From Bugula neritina (taxonomy: Eukaryota; Animalia; Bryozoa), in assembly GCA_964035545.1 (NCBI GenBank), contig OZ037766.1, forward strand, positions 22,060,767-22,124,766: a stretch of DNA of 64,000 nucleotides, given 5' to 3'. Both the position numbers and the translations under genes were made by a program. A model generated the notes under the pieces. The model was given only the letters and a program-made list of their open reading frames with translations, was not told where the DNA came from and did no database searches. Of the stretch, positions 1 through 13,191 are shown piece by piece (position 1 is the first letter of the stretch; the number at the start of each line of letters is the position of its first letter).

Positions 1-330
1 TTTTAGCTTAAACGTTTGTAAACGTAGGAAGTATTTTTCATCACAAACTTGACATGAACATATTTAACAAGTGCGTGCAATAAGGTTTCTTTGTTTCTAC
101 TAAGCAGAAATTTTTCAAGCAAGAAGCATCTGTGTTAAAATAACATCGAATTGTTAGAAATGGCACTATATAAGTATATCTGTTGCTGGCTGGTTTCATT
201 AGCCAATATAGACACTAGACAGACCTTCATACTTTTAATATAAATCTTGACATAAAACCTTCCATGGCTTGCTTCCCTTCTTCTACTGGTTGCAATACAA
301 TGCATTTCTGATAAACCGGTTATGTTGTAG

Positions 331-575
331 GTGGGTGTGTGGTGTTGGTGGGTCATGCTGGTACAGCCGAGGCATGCATACGTAGGCTTGCAAAGAAACC
401 AACTTTATCTCAAAGAGATTTCGTTGCCTTTATCAACAAAGTACCATTTTGTGAGCCAATCTTGGCATCTAAAGTGAGTGGGGAATGGGCGGCCTACCAC
501 CCGCCCATTCCTAAACTCTGGCACATGGATAATAAGAAGTTTGACATTAAGTTGATGACAGATCTGCATTCCTAG
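331..575 (+). CDS. UBASH3B: Last coding exon of a UBASH3/Sts-1/ecdysteroid-phosphate-phosphatase family histidine phosphatase (gene starts left of window)
   Basis: Acceptor tatgttgtag ends at 330. Translation GCVVLVGHAGTAEACIRRL..DFVAFINKVPFC..GEW..HPPIPKLWH..FD resembles the Sts/UBASH3 C-terminus (LIVAHASSLEAC..DF..RKIPY..W..PPI.PLTH), including the second catalytic-site His. AATAAA at 708-713. Confidence 0.8.
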
Positions 576-1855
576 CCTGTTGCTATGCTAGGTAACAGGG
601 AACTGACTCATATGAGATGTGGTCCATGGTATTTTATTTGATATTAATAGTTCTATATTACATAGCTATATAATCACATAGTTACAAAATAACTCAACAA
701 AATGTCTAATAAAAAGCACATTTTCATTTTCTAGTTAATATCTGCTAAAATCACTCTTGAATTGTGTCAGTTATGTCTTTAGGGTTGTAGTGTTAAGTAT
801 TAATGATCATTAACTGTGATCAAAACAAGATGGTGCTTTTTCTACAATTACCTGTTTATCTATTTTCTTAACCCCTCTGTCTTCTTATTCAACATGTGCC
901 TATTATGTTATTAAGCTTAAAATTGCTTGATGTTTCACAAAGAAAGTTATAGCTCAACCAAAACAGAGTATTGTTATCAAGTAATATTATTATATTACTA
1001 TATAAAAATATATTACCTGTATGCTAATATACACTAACAGCTCATAATATGTAAAACTAGCAGCTTGTCGTTTTATGATAGTAGTTTTTCAGTAATATAA
1101 ACTAGCATTAGCATTGCATTTAATAATTGCATTAGATGACATTTTAAAGATTTTTAGTTATAGGCATTTTAAAGTTTGTCCGTGACTAGAAATCATTTTT
1201 AATGACAATGTGATTTCAAAAGTTTTGTCTTATGAAATTATATTATGCAGCAACTACTCTCACTAGTTTTAAAGTAGAGATACTTGACTGTCTAATATTT
1301 AGAGAATTTATGTATTTTCTGAGCATTCTATTTAATCGCCATATAGTGAAATATTTTTATTTGTATATATAATTATCCGCTTAGTGATAAAATTAATCTT
1401 ATTGTGTGGTTTTTCAAATATACTTGCAACTTTTTTTAGTATTCCAATTTCCAAGTAATACTAAGACCTGATATAATTTGCAGGTTTCATCGACTTAACT
1501 CTTTAGTTTCATTGTTCATAATAAAGCTGTTTAGTTAATATCTATTATATCCAATATTGTTTTTACTAACAGTAATTATAAAGAGCAATTTTTTTAACAT
1601 TTTAGTACTTGACTTTTTGTATCTGAATATTTTTTTCATTACTTTTAAATTTATAATAAATACCTCAACATTTTAGTAAACCTAGCATTTTTATTTTGTT
1701 TGCTAGCCATGCTATATATTTGTACTCAAAGCATTTTTTGTTTAGAAACATGCTTCTAGTACTGTTCTGCTATTATGGTAATTTCCAGAATTGGTATCCT
1801 TAGTTAAATGGTCTTGTAGTTGAAAAACTGACATGTTTAGAAGTAAAAGTGCATA

Positions 1856-2297
1856 GGAGTAACTTGGGGCACAACGGGCCGAATTTTGCATTTTTTGCTC
1901 TCATCCACCTGTTTTTCAAGTTACTAGTTCAATAATCTATGGGCTTAATGCTGCATCTGTTGTCTATTACAGGTATCAGTTTGTTGTTTCTATCTCTCTC
2001 ACAACTTTCAGAATAATGAAATTTTCATGACAAAAAAATCAACCCATTGTGCCCCCCCCCCCCCCCCCCCCGTACAATGGGCCACTGGGTGGGACACAAC
2101 AAATATATTGAAATTTTGTTGCATCTGATCTTTATTTATATAATATTACAAATAAATAAACATATTCCTTCAGATCTACAGCAAAATTCATGTTTTAGCT
2201 GTACAGTTTGTGCCAATTTGCAACTCTAAGTCAATAAGTTCTCTCACAATTTGGCCGACTTTTTGTACCCCTATGACCGTAGTGCCCCTGTTACACC
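1856..2297. mobile_element. Non-autonomous DNA transposon (MITE) with ~22-bp imperfect TIRs; TA (or AT) TSD
   Basis: Left end TA|GGAGTAACTTGGGGCACAACGG; right end CCGTAGTGCCCCTGTTACACC|TA. Internal repeats of the GTGCCCC/GGGACACAAC motif surround a poly-C run near 2052-2071. Superfamily is uncertain. Confidence 0.7.
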
Positions 2298-3096
2298 TAT
2301 TTTAGAATTTGTTTGGGTAGCAGAGTAAAGCCAATATGTGTCCTTTAGTTGTGTCCTCCCTGCTTGCATCTAAGTGTAGCACATAGCATAGGCCTAATAT
2401 TATGGTGACATGCAGTCTATAATTATGCAGGAAACTGCAGTAGCGAATCGAAAATAATTCATAAAAAAATAGTATAGAAGCTCTACATAAAGTTATAATA
2501 TGTGGTTTTATTAGTTTAGACATTTCAAGTGTTGAGAATTTGATTTCCTTCCATTGAGGGTTTTGAGGACACAAAGATATGAATGATAGAGTCATGCAGA
2601 AATTGTGTTCATCACATGTGTATTTTATATGGTACAAGGTGTGTAGACTTATACTTATTGGTAGTTCAAGTCTTAAGCAATCACCTGTAGCGTTATCATA
2701 TTATGTCATTGTTATCATTATCAGTTAACCTATTCTTTAGCTTTAAACACCATATGTCTTTTATTCCGGACTAGCGTCTAACAAATTGTAATCTTCACTA
2801 TTAAGGAAGCGGTTCTGATTGCATATAATACATGGTATGTACTATTGTATGCCTATATAGCATGTTAGTACTATATTGCATATATTCAAGAAAGCAGGGT
2901 TCAACAGTATAATATTGAAGATTTGATTAAATGATAAATATACATTTATATAGCAGTTAACTCATGTTATGCTTATAATATTACTGTAATGTTTTTGGCA
3001 ATGCTCTAAAATAATAGGCACTTTATGAAACTGCTTGTACGCCCACTTAAAGTTGAAAGTGTTCTTTTACTAATTGACAATGAGGTATTAAATACA

Positions 3097-3350
3097 AGTG
3101 GCAGTTCTGGTCTGAGGTCAGAGGTGCTAGTCTAGCATGGCAAACAGCGGGTTAGATTTTATGAAGAATGCCTGGTCATGATTAAATTGCTCTTATATTC
3201 TACATGTGACCAACATGGTTTGATCCAACTTACATAGGCTTCCCAAAAACCTTCACCATCAAGGTTCTCAAGCTAGGGTTGTGAATTGTGACTATTAAAA
3301 TTGAGGGTTTTGTTCCTTGGACAAAAGGACATGGAGTGATACTATCCATT
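3097..3350 (+). mobile_element. Degenerate tRNA-derived SINE-like repeat
   Basis: Shares motifs (TAAATTGCTC, AAAAACCTTCACCATC, GTGACTAT) with the copies at 7305 and 25612. Confidence 0.45.
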
Positions 3351-3718
3351 ATAGCCCTATATAATATCAATACTTTGCATTAGACTGTATATTTGCAACA
3401 ACAATAAACACCAACTATTTTTCCATCATTATCTTCATAAAACCTTCAAGGTTTAAATGTATTTCATTATAAGCTTAGTGAATTGAGAGCAACTGCACTA
3501 TAGTCAGTTGTGTTCACTATGCCTATGTTATCACGGACGGACGTGGTTGTGAAGTGCAGATGAGTACTTATGTTACATAACCTTGAATAGTTGAAGCAGC
3601 ATACACTTTCATTGGTTAATCACTGAATGATTCACTGGAGACAAGCCCCCCTCTATCAATTAGATTACATTTGATGATGGGCACCTGATCATATCATTTT
3701 CTACAATAAACACCTAGC

Positions 3719-6700
3719 ATGTCTCGCAGAAAAGTTAGCAGTGCCCACAACGGCAAGGAGGAAGTGCCAGAAGTAGCCACCATAGAATATGAGGTACCAG
3801 ATGGAGGATATGGATGGGTGGTGGTTCTCTGTGCCTTCGTATTTATTTGCATGCCCATGGGAGTCAGTGCTTCTTTCGCTATATACTACGAAGAGTGGCT
3901 CAACTATTTTGATGCTGGAATAGTTAGTACCTCTCTGATTGGATCAGTCGGCTCGGGTTGTGTCCCCTTGCTAGGTAAGATGGTTTTGGTATGCTAAATC
4001 TACTGAATGAAATGGTGTGCATTTTTAGTAGCTATAGGAAATAGTCAGTGCAGGTATTGGTGGTATTCAGGGTCAAATTGATTGACAAGTAACCCAGGCG
4101 TTTCAATACAATATGTTTACATGAATAAGAGTTTACATGAGTAAATAAGATAATGACTATAAGGGCATCACAAGAGGCAGCAACTTATTGGTTTTATTTA
4201 CACAAAATATTGTTGATTTTATATCGTTTTGATTTAGCTACTTCTGTAAATGTTGTTGTACAGAAAAAAAAGTGCATACTATTTAAATGTTAACTAGAAA
4301 GTATCTCTAACATTGGTATATCTTCTTATGAAACTTATGTACTCAATTTTAATGAATTGTGACAATCTATTTATGTTGACCAATGTTCAACTGTTGTTTA
4401 GCTTTGTAAAGAACTAAGCAGGATAATAACACCATGTTCTGCTGCAGAAACTTTTAATGCCTGTTGAAAACATGATGCCAATTTTACTACAAAGATGGGG
4501 AAGGAGAGGGGGATTTACTACTGGAAAACTTTGATTGCTTAATTCAAATTTCTCTGTAAAACAGATCAAGCGAAGCTTGGTTTATGTAGCCACATCTTTG
4601 CAACAGCTGCTTGTTTTCCTGCTGCACAGACATTTTTGCAACTTTTTATTTACTTGCAACCGTAGTAAAACAATCACTACTTGTTTAATGTAAAAAACTT
4701 AAAATACATCAAACTTTGATGGCTTAGTTAAACGATTGAGCTTAATTGATACAAACATTAATAAATATGTATTTTAGCAACAATTACATCAAATTTTAGT
4801 GATAGACTATTATAGTTTACAGCTCCTTTATAATAACAAAAAACAAATTACTTCAATTTGGTTTCTCAGCTAATGAATTGTACCTTCTGATTGCTAGTTG
4901 AGATACCCAATGTTGGAACTTAAATTCCAAACAATTTACAGTCTGTACATTAAGCTATATTGACTCAAGCCTGTGACACGAAAAGTCAGCTAATGGATTT
5001 AGGGCAGAGAATTTAAACTCTACCAGTGCATTTTGACACATGAAAGAGTTTATCAAAAAGTTTATGTTGATTCGTGTGTAAATATTAGCAATAGAAAACA
5101 TGAGCAGCTTTTCTTCAAGTTGCTTAGTAATATGTTGTAACAGTTTCTGCTGTTGAATAACTACACATGCAGGCAATAAGAATTATAATCTATACCTTGT
5201 CAAGTTAACTCATAACTAATCAGTTCCACATTACAGCTTAATTTCTAGCAGAATGTATATACTGTATGCTAGACATACTATACATTCAGTCAGGGACTGA
5301 ATGCACATACTGATCTGTTTCAATAACCAACTTAATATGGATCATTTCACAAACATGTAGGAAATTAATGAAAAAGAAATTCAAATATGTTGAACATATT
5401 TTGCAGCTCTTCAATGGAAAACTTTGTAACTTTATCCTTGTTCAAATTTTAAGCTCCTGGGTCATCGAGGTCATTATTATGTCTTTTTACAATTTATTGT
5501 GTGCAACAAATTCTAAAAGACTCAAATGACATCAAATTGTAAACTTCACACTATGCCTTACAACAATGTTTTTCATTCTCTAAGCTTAAATATTTTATTT
5601 CAATTGATACCAGGCCTGTTGCTTAATCATAACACAATGTAGGGGAAAATGCTAACCCCTTCTCCATACACACACACACACACACACACAACACACACAC
5701 AACACACACACAACACACACACAACACACACACAACACACACACAACACACACACAACACACACACAACACAACACACACACAACACACACACAACACAC
5801 ACACAACACACACACAACACACACACAGTATGACCAACCTTTGCCAGTTGTACTATTATTAGCAGTCATCATCACAAAAGTGTTGTGAAGAACTCTAATT
5901 ATTGCAAAACAATTTGCTTATTGGAGCCACTGCAATTGTATGAACTGCCATCATATTTCTATTTATAATAGCTTGTTCACTATAATACTGCAAATTGAAA
6001 GTCATAATATTGCTTATTTAGGAAACTGAAAAGTTTTAATTTGAATTTGATTTGCCAAGTTGGTTCGTTGTAATAAACTGCATATAGAAAAGCTGAAAGC
6101 TAAAGAGTAAAAAGGATTGAAGAAAAATGTTTTACTGGTAAATCTTGTTTGATTTTCAGGTTCCCTTGGAGGAATGGTGTTGACTAATCTGTTCAATGAT
6201 ATTCGGCTGGTAGGAATAGCAGGATGCCTCATCTCATGCACTGGCCTCGTAATTTCCTACTTTGTATATGATATTAGCCTACTAGCATTCACTTATGGAG
6301 CCATGGGAGGTAACTTCAATTATGTCTTGATACTCATGTTTACCCTTTATAATATTGTATTAAATAATAGGGCTTTATTTTCAGTTTGGGTTTCGTATTA
6401 TTTTAGGTTTTGGGATGGGCCTTATGTATAACTGTGCCTACCTCTCGGTTGGGTATTACTTTGATAAGAATAGAGCTCTAGCTACAGCCATAGCTAGCTC
6501 AGGTACAGGTGAGTCAGAAAGTACTGCTTCAGTCATAGTGTTAGAATACAGCCAATGCTTTGTGTGTAAACATTAAATATGTCGGCTCTTCATTTTAAAC
6601 TATTTTAGTGTAATTTATGAGTTGTTTTGCACACATTACATATTATTTAGTCCTAAAGCTAGAAACGGAAGACAACTCCAAAATGTTTTTTTATTCTATA

Positions 6701-9700
6701 GTATTTGGTCTGCAGGCAGGCTTGACCGCTAGATCGTTTACAAACATGCAAAAAAGTTTTTATTAATTGGCATATAACGAAAAATTTTAGCATAATTCAT
6801 TTGCAAACTGGAGTCATTTTTAAAAGTGATATATAATTTAAACTCATGGCATGCATATCATTATAGTCTTTGAATTACAACATATTTGCTTGAATTTATT
6901 TTAAGCTGAATGCAGTGCAATCTTTATGGCTCATCAGTAACTCTTTCAAATGATTTCGTTGAACCTTTAGTAGTGCATTATTTCAAATTAATTCCATTAT
7001 ATAACTTTTAGTATTTGATGATGCTATTCAGTGAACAAAATATCTCTTCACTTTTTTAAACTATTTACTGTGCAGAGTGCACATATGAAATACAGCAGCT
7101 ATAGATTGGCCAGCAGTGAAATATAATTTATTATATACCATTATAGCATATGAGCACAATACACTTCAACATATAAAGCTGCTAAGTTGCTACATTATAA
7201 ATAATACCAAATTTGCACAGTATACTATAATCATTTGCTATATTACGTCACACAATATTTATTAATCTTTAGCTAAGGTGAATTATGACTTGGAAAAAAA
7301 TTTAAGTCAGGTCTAAAAGTTAAAGCGTTTGCCTAATAAGCACAGAGTTATAGGTTCGAGCTGGACAAAGGCACTTGGTGATGCTAGAAAGAGCATCCAG
7401 TCATAATTGCTCCTGTGTCCCACCTGAATAAGTCCTTGGCCCAGTTTAACAAAAAACCCTTCCATCATGGGTTTTCTCACAGGGATGGCGACTATAAGCT
7501 TGCGTGAGTTTTAACTCATGCAATACCATGAATTGAGTTTCATTTACTTTTAATTACTTGAAAGAAATTGATGACTGCACTGCTCATATTTACATATTTT
7601 CATAGTTTTCATCAAGTTACTTACACTACTTAAGGCCTGGCCTCACGCTCGTGAGAATCACACAACATTCGTGTGAATATTGTCGTGAGTTATCCTCTCG
7701 TTTGACCATGAGATACCTACAGCATAAATTGCCGGACACAGACACGATGCAGAAATGAAATAATCACTGTTGCTAAAATTCTATTGACTAATCAAATGGT
7801 GCTTATCGTTAATTGCGATTTTTCATCCATCGTGTTTGCTGGGTGCACCCAGCGAACACAATTTCGTTTGAATTCCCTCTAATTTTATCAAACATTTGTG
7901 TTTTCGTGTCAAATGAATGATTTCGTGTGATTCTCATAAGTGTCTGGCCAGGCCTTTAATCTAGATATATCAAAATGTGCATATATACAACATAGATACT
8001 GTAAAAAGTTATTTGAATACACCAGCTAATAAAGCTTTTTGACATTTCAATTATTTATTTCCAGTACCTATTCTAATTTTTTGTTCAATACCCTTTTCTT
8101 AGAATATTTACAAAACAATAAAATTTAATAACCATAATAAATATTATGTTAATGCATGCTGTAAAAAGTAAAAAGTTAGGTTAAGTAATTTTGAATTTTG
8201 ATTTGCTCAAGTCTGAAAAGCTTTCACGAAGTGATTCTTCAAAGTTTTCATGATAGGTAATTTTAGCAAGTCCACTGAGTGTAGAAATATTAAGTGCTTC
8301 AGACTTAAGTTCATTGTTACATCATTATAACAGAGTTTGCCAGTAATTCTATTGAATAGTTGCATGCATCATAGTACAACCTTTAGGTTTTAACTATATA
8401 TGTATATAACACCATAACAAAATTATATTATAATCTGTATCATAAATCATGATACTTTTAGGTTTTGGCACATTGATATCTAGGCTCATTAGGATGCTGG
8501 TCATAACATATGGGTGGAGAGGCAGCCTCATCATACTAGGAGGTGTTTGTATCCAGTGTCTAGTGTTTGCCGCTCTCATACGTCCTTTGTATGCGAAAAA
8601 AATCAAAAACAGACCTACAATGGCTGCTGTAGAGGAGGTAATTCCAAAACGCAATGAACAACAGCTTAAACCCACGCAAGACAGAGCTAGCAAATTTTCG
8701 TCACACGATGGAATTTTTCGTTCCAAGCATCTAAATACTGCTTCTTCTTCTAAGAGAGTTTTCTCCTCCCATATTCATATCAGCCGGCATCATGATACCG
8801 CCTTCAGACACCACAAGGGAGATTTGAAGCTCAACCCTTTCAACAGAGAGGATGTGTTTTTTAGTGGCAGCACTTATGACATTGAGCAGCTGGTGCAGAA
8901 ATCTCACGCAAAAGATGGCGAAGAAGATGTGGCAGGCAGCCAAATTACGATCAGCAGCATTCCTGTAAATATCACTGGCTGTGATAAAATAAAAGCCAAC
9001 ATAAAAAAGAATTTCAACTTGAGAATATTTAAAAGTTTAACCTTCTGTTTGGTTGTGATGGCCATGACTCTACACCACATGGCATTTTTCATTCCCTACA
9101 CATACATTATCAGTTTAACAAAAGAGAAAAATATTGACCCCAAAAAGTCTGAATACTTGATAATCTGCTTTGGTGAGTCCACTAATTCATTATCTTAAAC
9201 TATTACTCCTTAAAGCTCATAATTAACATCATTATTATTTATAAAATATACTTGTAATTCTCTATGTTCATGTATCCATGCATCGAAAATATATCATAGT
9301 ATTGCATAATAAAAATGGTGTACTTGCAGTATAATCTGTATTGTGGCATTCATTGTGGAATTAAAATATATATAATAGTTTTATCACATATCATAGTTAT
9401 TATAGTTAGAAAACATAATATTATAGTCTACTTGTGGTCCAAGCTGATGCAATTAAATACATTTAACAGCCCGTATTACAATTTTGCATCAGTGAATTTT
9501 TAAATCCTTGTGCCCTGTTATATCTTCTAAACAAAATATGATTACGAACATGTACTGGCTTTCAAAACTGTTTGTCTGTTTCATTATTGTGAATGTTGAG
9601 CTTGTATATTGTTGCTTTTAGCCTCCGCCATTAAAAGTTACCTTTTTGTTTTGTGCTCATTTGATGTACATGAGTGATACACTAGAGCTCTTAGTGTAAA

Positions 9701-12700
9701 GTACTGAGCTAACTCTTCCCAACATAGCAGTAGTTTTCTCAAATAAGTTTTGGTCTGAGTCATGTCATGAAAGTTCAGACTGCGGCTATTATGTTACTGA
9801 AAAATATTATTGAAAATAAGATAGTTTTTAAAACTGTTTCCATAAACATTTTCTATTAAATTCCCCATGCCGGAAAATGTAGTGTTTATCTTTGTTTTTA
9901 ACCACTTGTCAAATACAGTGCGTGGGTGAAATAATAAAATTATGAATAGTATATTTCTCTGATCACAATAATACAAAGTTTTGTGATAGTGCAGTAAATG
10001 TGATTACTGCAGCTGCAACTATAAGTAGATGTACATTCCGTAGTTATAGTTACCATATCATAGTTAAGTGCTATACATATGAAGAATTTATTTCCAGTCA
10101 TATTTTTCTGCAGAATATACCAATATGCAGCGATACAAACTAATTAGCAAATAAATGATTTGCAATAAATATACTGGTACACAAAATTGCAACAAGGCTC
10201 TATTTCAAAGCAATAGGCCTACCCTAAAATACAGCTATATGCTCATTTTTAGTTAATTTTATAAATTATTACATATAATATGCTTTACAACTTTTTTTAG
10301 GATTATCAAACTTTGTATTCAAGCTGTTGATTGGTACAGTGATGAGAATATTGAAGGTGGAGCAATTGTATGTTGTTGTTACAACACTGCTGATTGGCTG
10401 CATAGCTGCTTCACTAGCCACTCTCTGTCAAGAATTCTACCAATTTGTGCTGGTTGCCATTTTATATGGGGGCTCTTCACGTATGTTCAATAAAATTAAC
10501 AGTACAAAAATTATATTATAATGGTAGAACCTGACAATGGAACCTGCTGTTTCCTTAAAATTTACTGAGTGCCTGAATATCTCATTCTTTATGTTCTATA
10601 AAAACCATCTTAAGATTGTGACATGAAGCATATTTTATATATTTTGTTGTGAGTAAGCATATATTATCAATTCTCTATTAATTAGGATGCAACTTAATAG
10701 ATATTAAGACCAGCAATTAGTACCAATACTACTTCAACTATTATTTTGATAGTTCAGCAATTACCTAATTTAAAGTCTAGTGCAAGCAATGTACAAATAT
10801 ACATGTTGTAAATATTACGTAGCGAAATGTAAAACTCCATTATAATATCATTGTAGCCATCGTCACTATCTATGTAACCAGCATTTTAGTGAAATACTTG
10901 GGTATCAAGAATCTCACCAATGCATTTAGCATAGTTACCATTATCAGAGGGTTGGGTAGCATGTCTGGACCCCCTTTAGCAGGTGAGGATAAAATTTCAG
11001 TTTGACCTCCAAACAAAGGTGCTATCCTATGAGCTTAGTTTGAGGAATTGTTTTAATTAAGACATATCAATACCAATATATCAAATATAAGAAATATCAA
11101 AGCCCATAACACTTACACTGTTGCCAAAAATTCCTGAACTGGTGTTGATCAATTCAGGACCCTAAGTATGTATAAATTTGTGTCCTGTAGTCTACTCATA
11201 CAATAGGTAGTAGTGGTAGTGATATAATGCCTTTATCAGGTGAACAAAATTTGAATAACATCCATCAAATGGTCTAAACCAGGGGTGTCCAACCTTTTCA
11301 GACCGAGGGCCAGTCTGCAAGTTTCAGCTTGGGCCGAGGGCCACAATTTTTTTTTCTGTTTTTAGAATCAATTTTCAAGATTCATTAAACATCTGCAGGC
11401 TATATGTATTATAATTATAAGCGAGGGCTAGGCTTTGCATGTTTATTGAAATCATAACATATTTGAATAGATATATATTACTTATGTGTGTATGTGCGTA
11501 TATATGCATTTAATTAAAATAGGTAAGAAGAGCGATTTCATTTTTATTACTTTAATAATCAAAAATTATATATATGCATTAATGCTTGTGCATAACAAAT
11601 TATACATATATACATACAAAGTATATATTCATGATTGCACATGCAAATTTAAACAAGATGCACCAGTGCTAAGAGTCTGCACTCATACCTCTGTACCCAT
11701 CAGTGAGACACTTGTGAGTACACAGTGAGTACTGTTTGCCCTGAACAATTCTGTTAATATCTAGTTTTGTATCAGAACATGCAACCCTTAGTTGCTGGAC
11801 TAAGTGCTGATTAGTGAGTGAAGTGTAGTATCTATTTTTGTGTATTTCATTTGACTGAAAATTGAAAGTTCAAAGTTCAAACCTTCAATCCATCTCAGTG
11901 ATAATGCTGTGCAGTGCAGCATCTAACAAACAGTCAAAGGTCAAGGCAATTACAAATCCTAAATTTCAGTACATACCCGCGCAAAATTCATTATAAAACA
12001 AAATTGTTTAGGCATCTAACCTTAAATCGGTATGTAAATGAAAACAAACATATACACAAAAATATTTTAGTACTGCATAAGTGAAGTGTGTCAGGGATTC
12101 TTCAATTACTTATCTTTCACAATACAATCAATAAAAATGAGATCTTAGTTATACTTTCAAAAAGTCTTGTCTCTATATGGCCAGTCCTGATTAAATGTCT
12201 TTAAAATATCTGTCTGCACAGGATAGTTACAGGTAACTTTTTAGCTGCAACTGCCTTGCTGAGGTTTGCATTGTAACTGTGTAAAAATTCAGTACCAGTA
12301 AAAACAATCTCATTTGATTGAAGGCTACTAGAATTAAAATTTAAAAACTATGTTGTGAATCTTATTTTTCCCAGTGCAACTTTTTTGGAATTTTTTTATT
12401 CTTTTGCAAAGTTATAGAAAAAAACAGCACACTTTTGGCTAATTTTGCCTCAAAAGTTGATATTTTTAGTGCCAATAAAATATCTTAGCAGGAAAACATG
12501 ATATCTGAATAAAAAAGCAATGACTTAGATTTTATATAAATTGTGGATTTATGCACTGGAAATGGTATATTTCTTTTTAAGTAGTAAGCGCTGTGCATCA
12601 CTCCACGCTTCAGTGAACGCGTAGAGATGAGCATAATGTTATTATTATAATATAGGCGTCTACATTACTATAAGTCACAGGCTTGCTAGCTAACAAACTA

Positions 12701-13126
12701 TAATGACTAGCTTGCTGTTATTGGTTGTAGTGTGATTTCAGGCTAAACAATGACAAGTAGGCAACACGCATGCCACCCACAGAACAATATTGTAGAAGAA
12801 CTTAAACTACATTTTAATAGCAATTCTTAGTGGGATGCTCTCAACTATCCTATGTGCTGCTGTTTCAGGCTAGTTAGCAAATTTTATAAACAAAAGTTTG
12901 TAACTTGCTATACCTTGGGGGGCCACACAAATATAGCTAGGGGCCGGATCCGGCCCGCGGGCCGCCTGTTGGACAGCCCTGGTCTAAACCATTTCATTGT
13001 CATCCTATAAATTAATAAAATGTATTTAGTAAACTGTTTTCAGTAAAAAAGGCATAACACTTCATTAAAATATAGCTAATGATAAATAACTAAAAATATG
13101 TAATGTGTGTGTGTATGTGTGTGTAC

Positions 13127-13191
<65 letters not shown>

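Noticed and set aside
5623-5888. Cys/Val- and His/Thr-rich ORFs (also 13107, 19169, 33835-34209)
   Set aside because: They are translations of (CA)n, (GT)n and (TA)n microsatellites.
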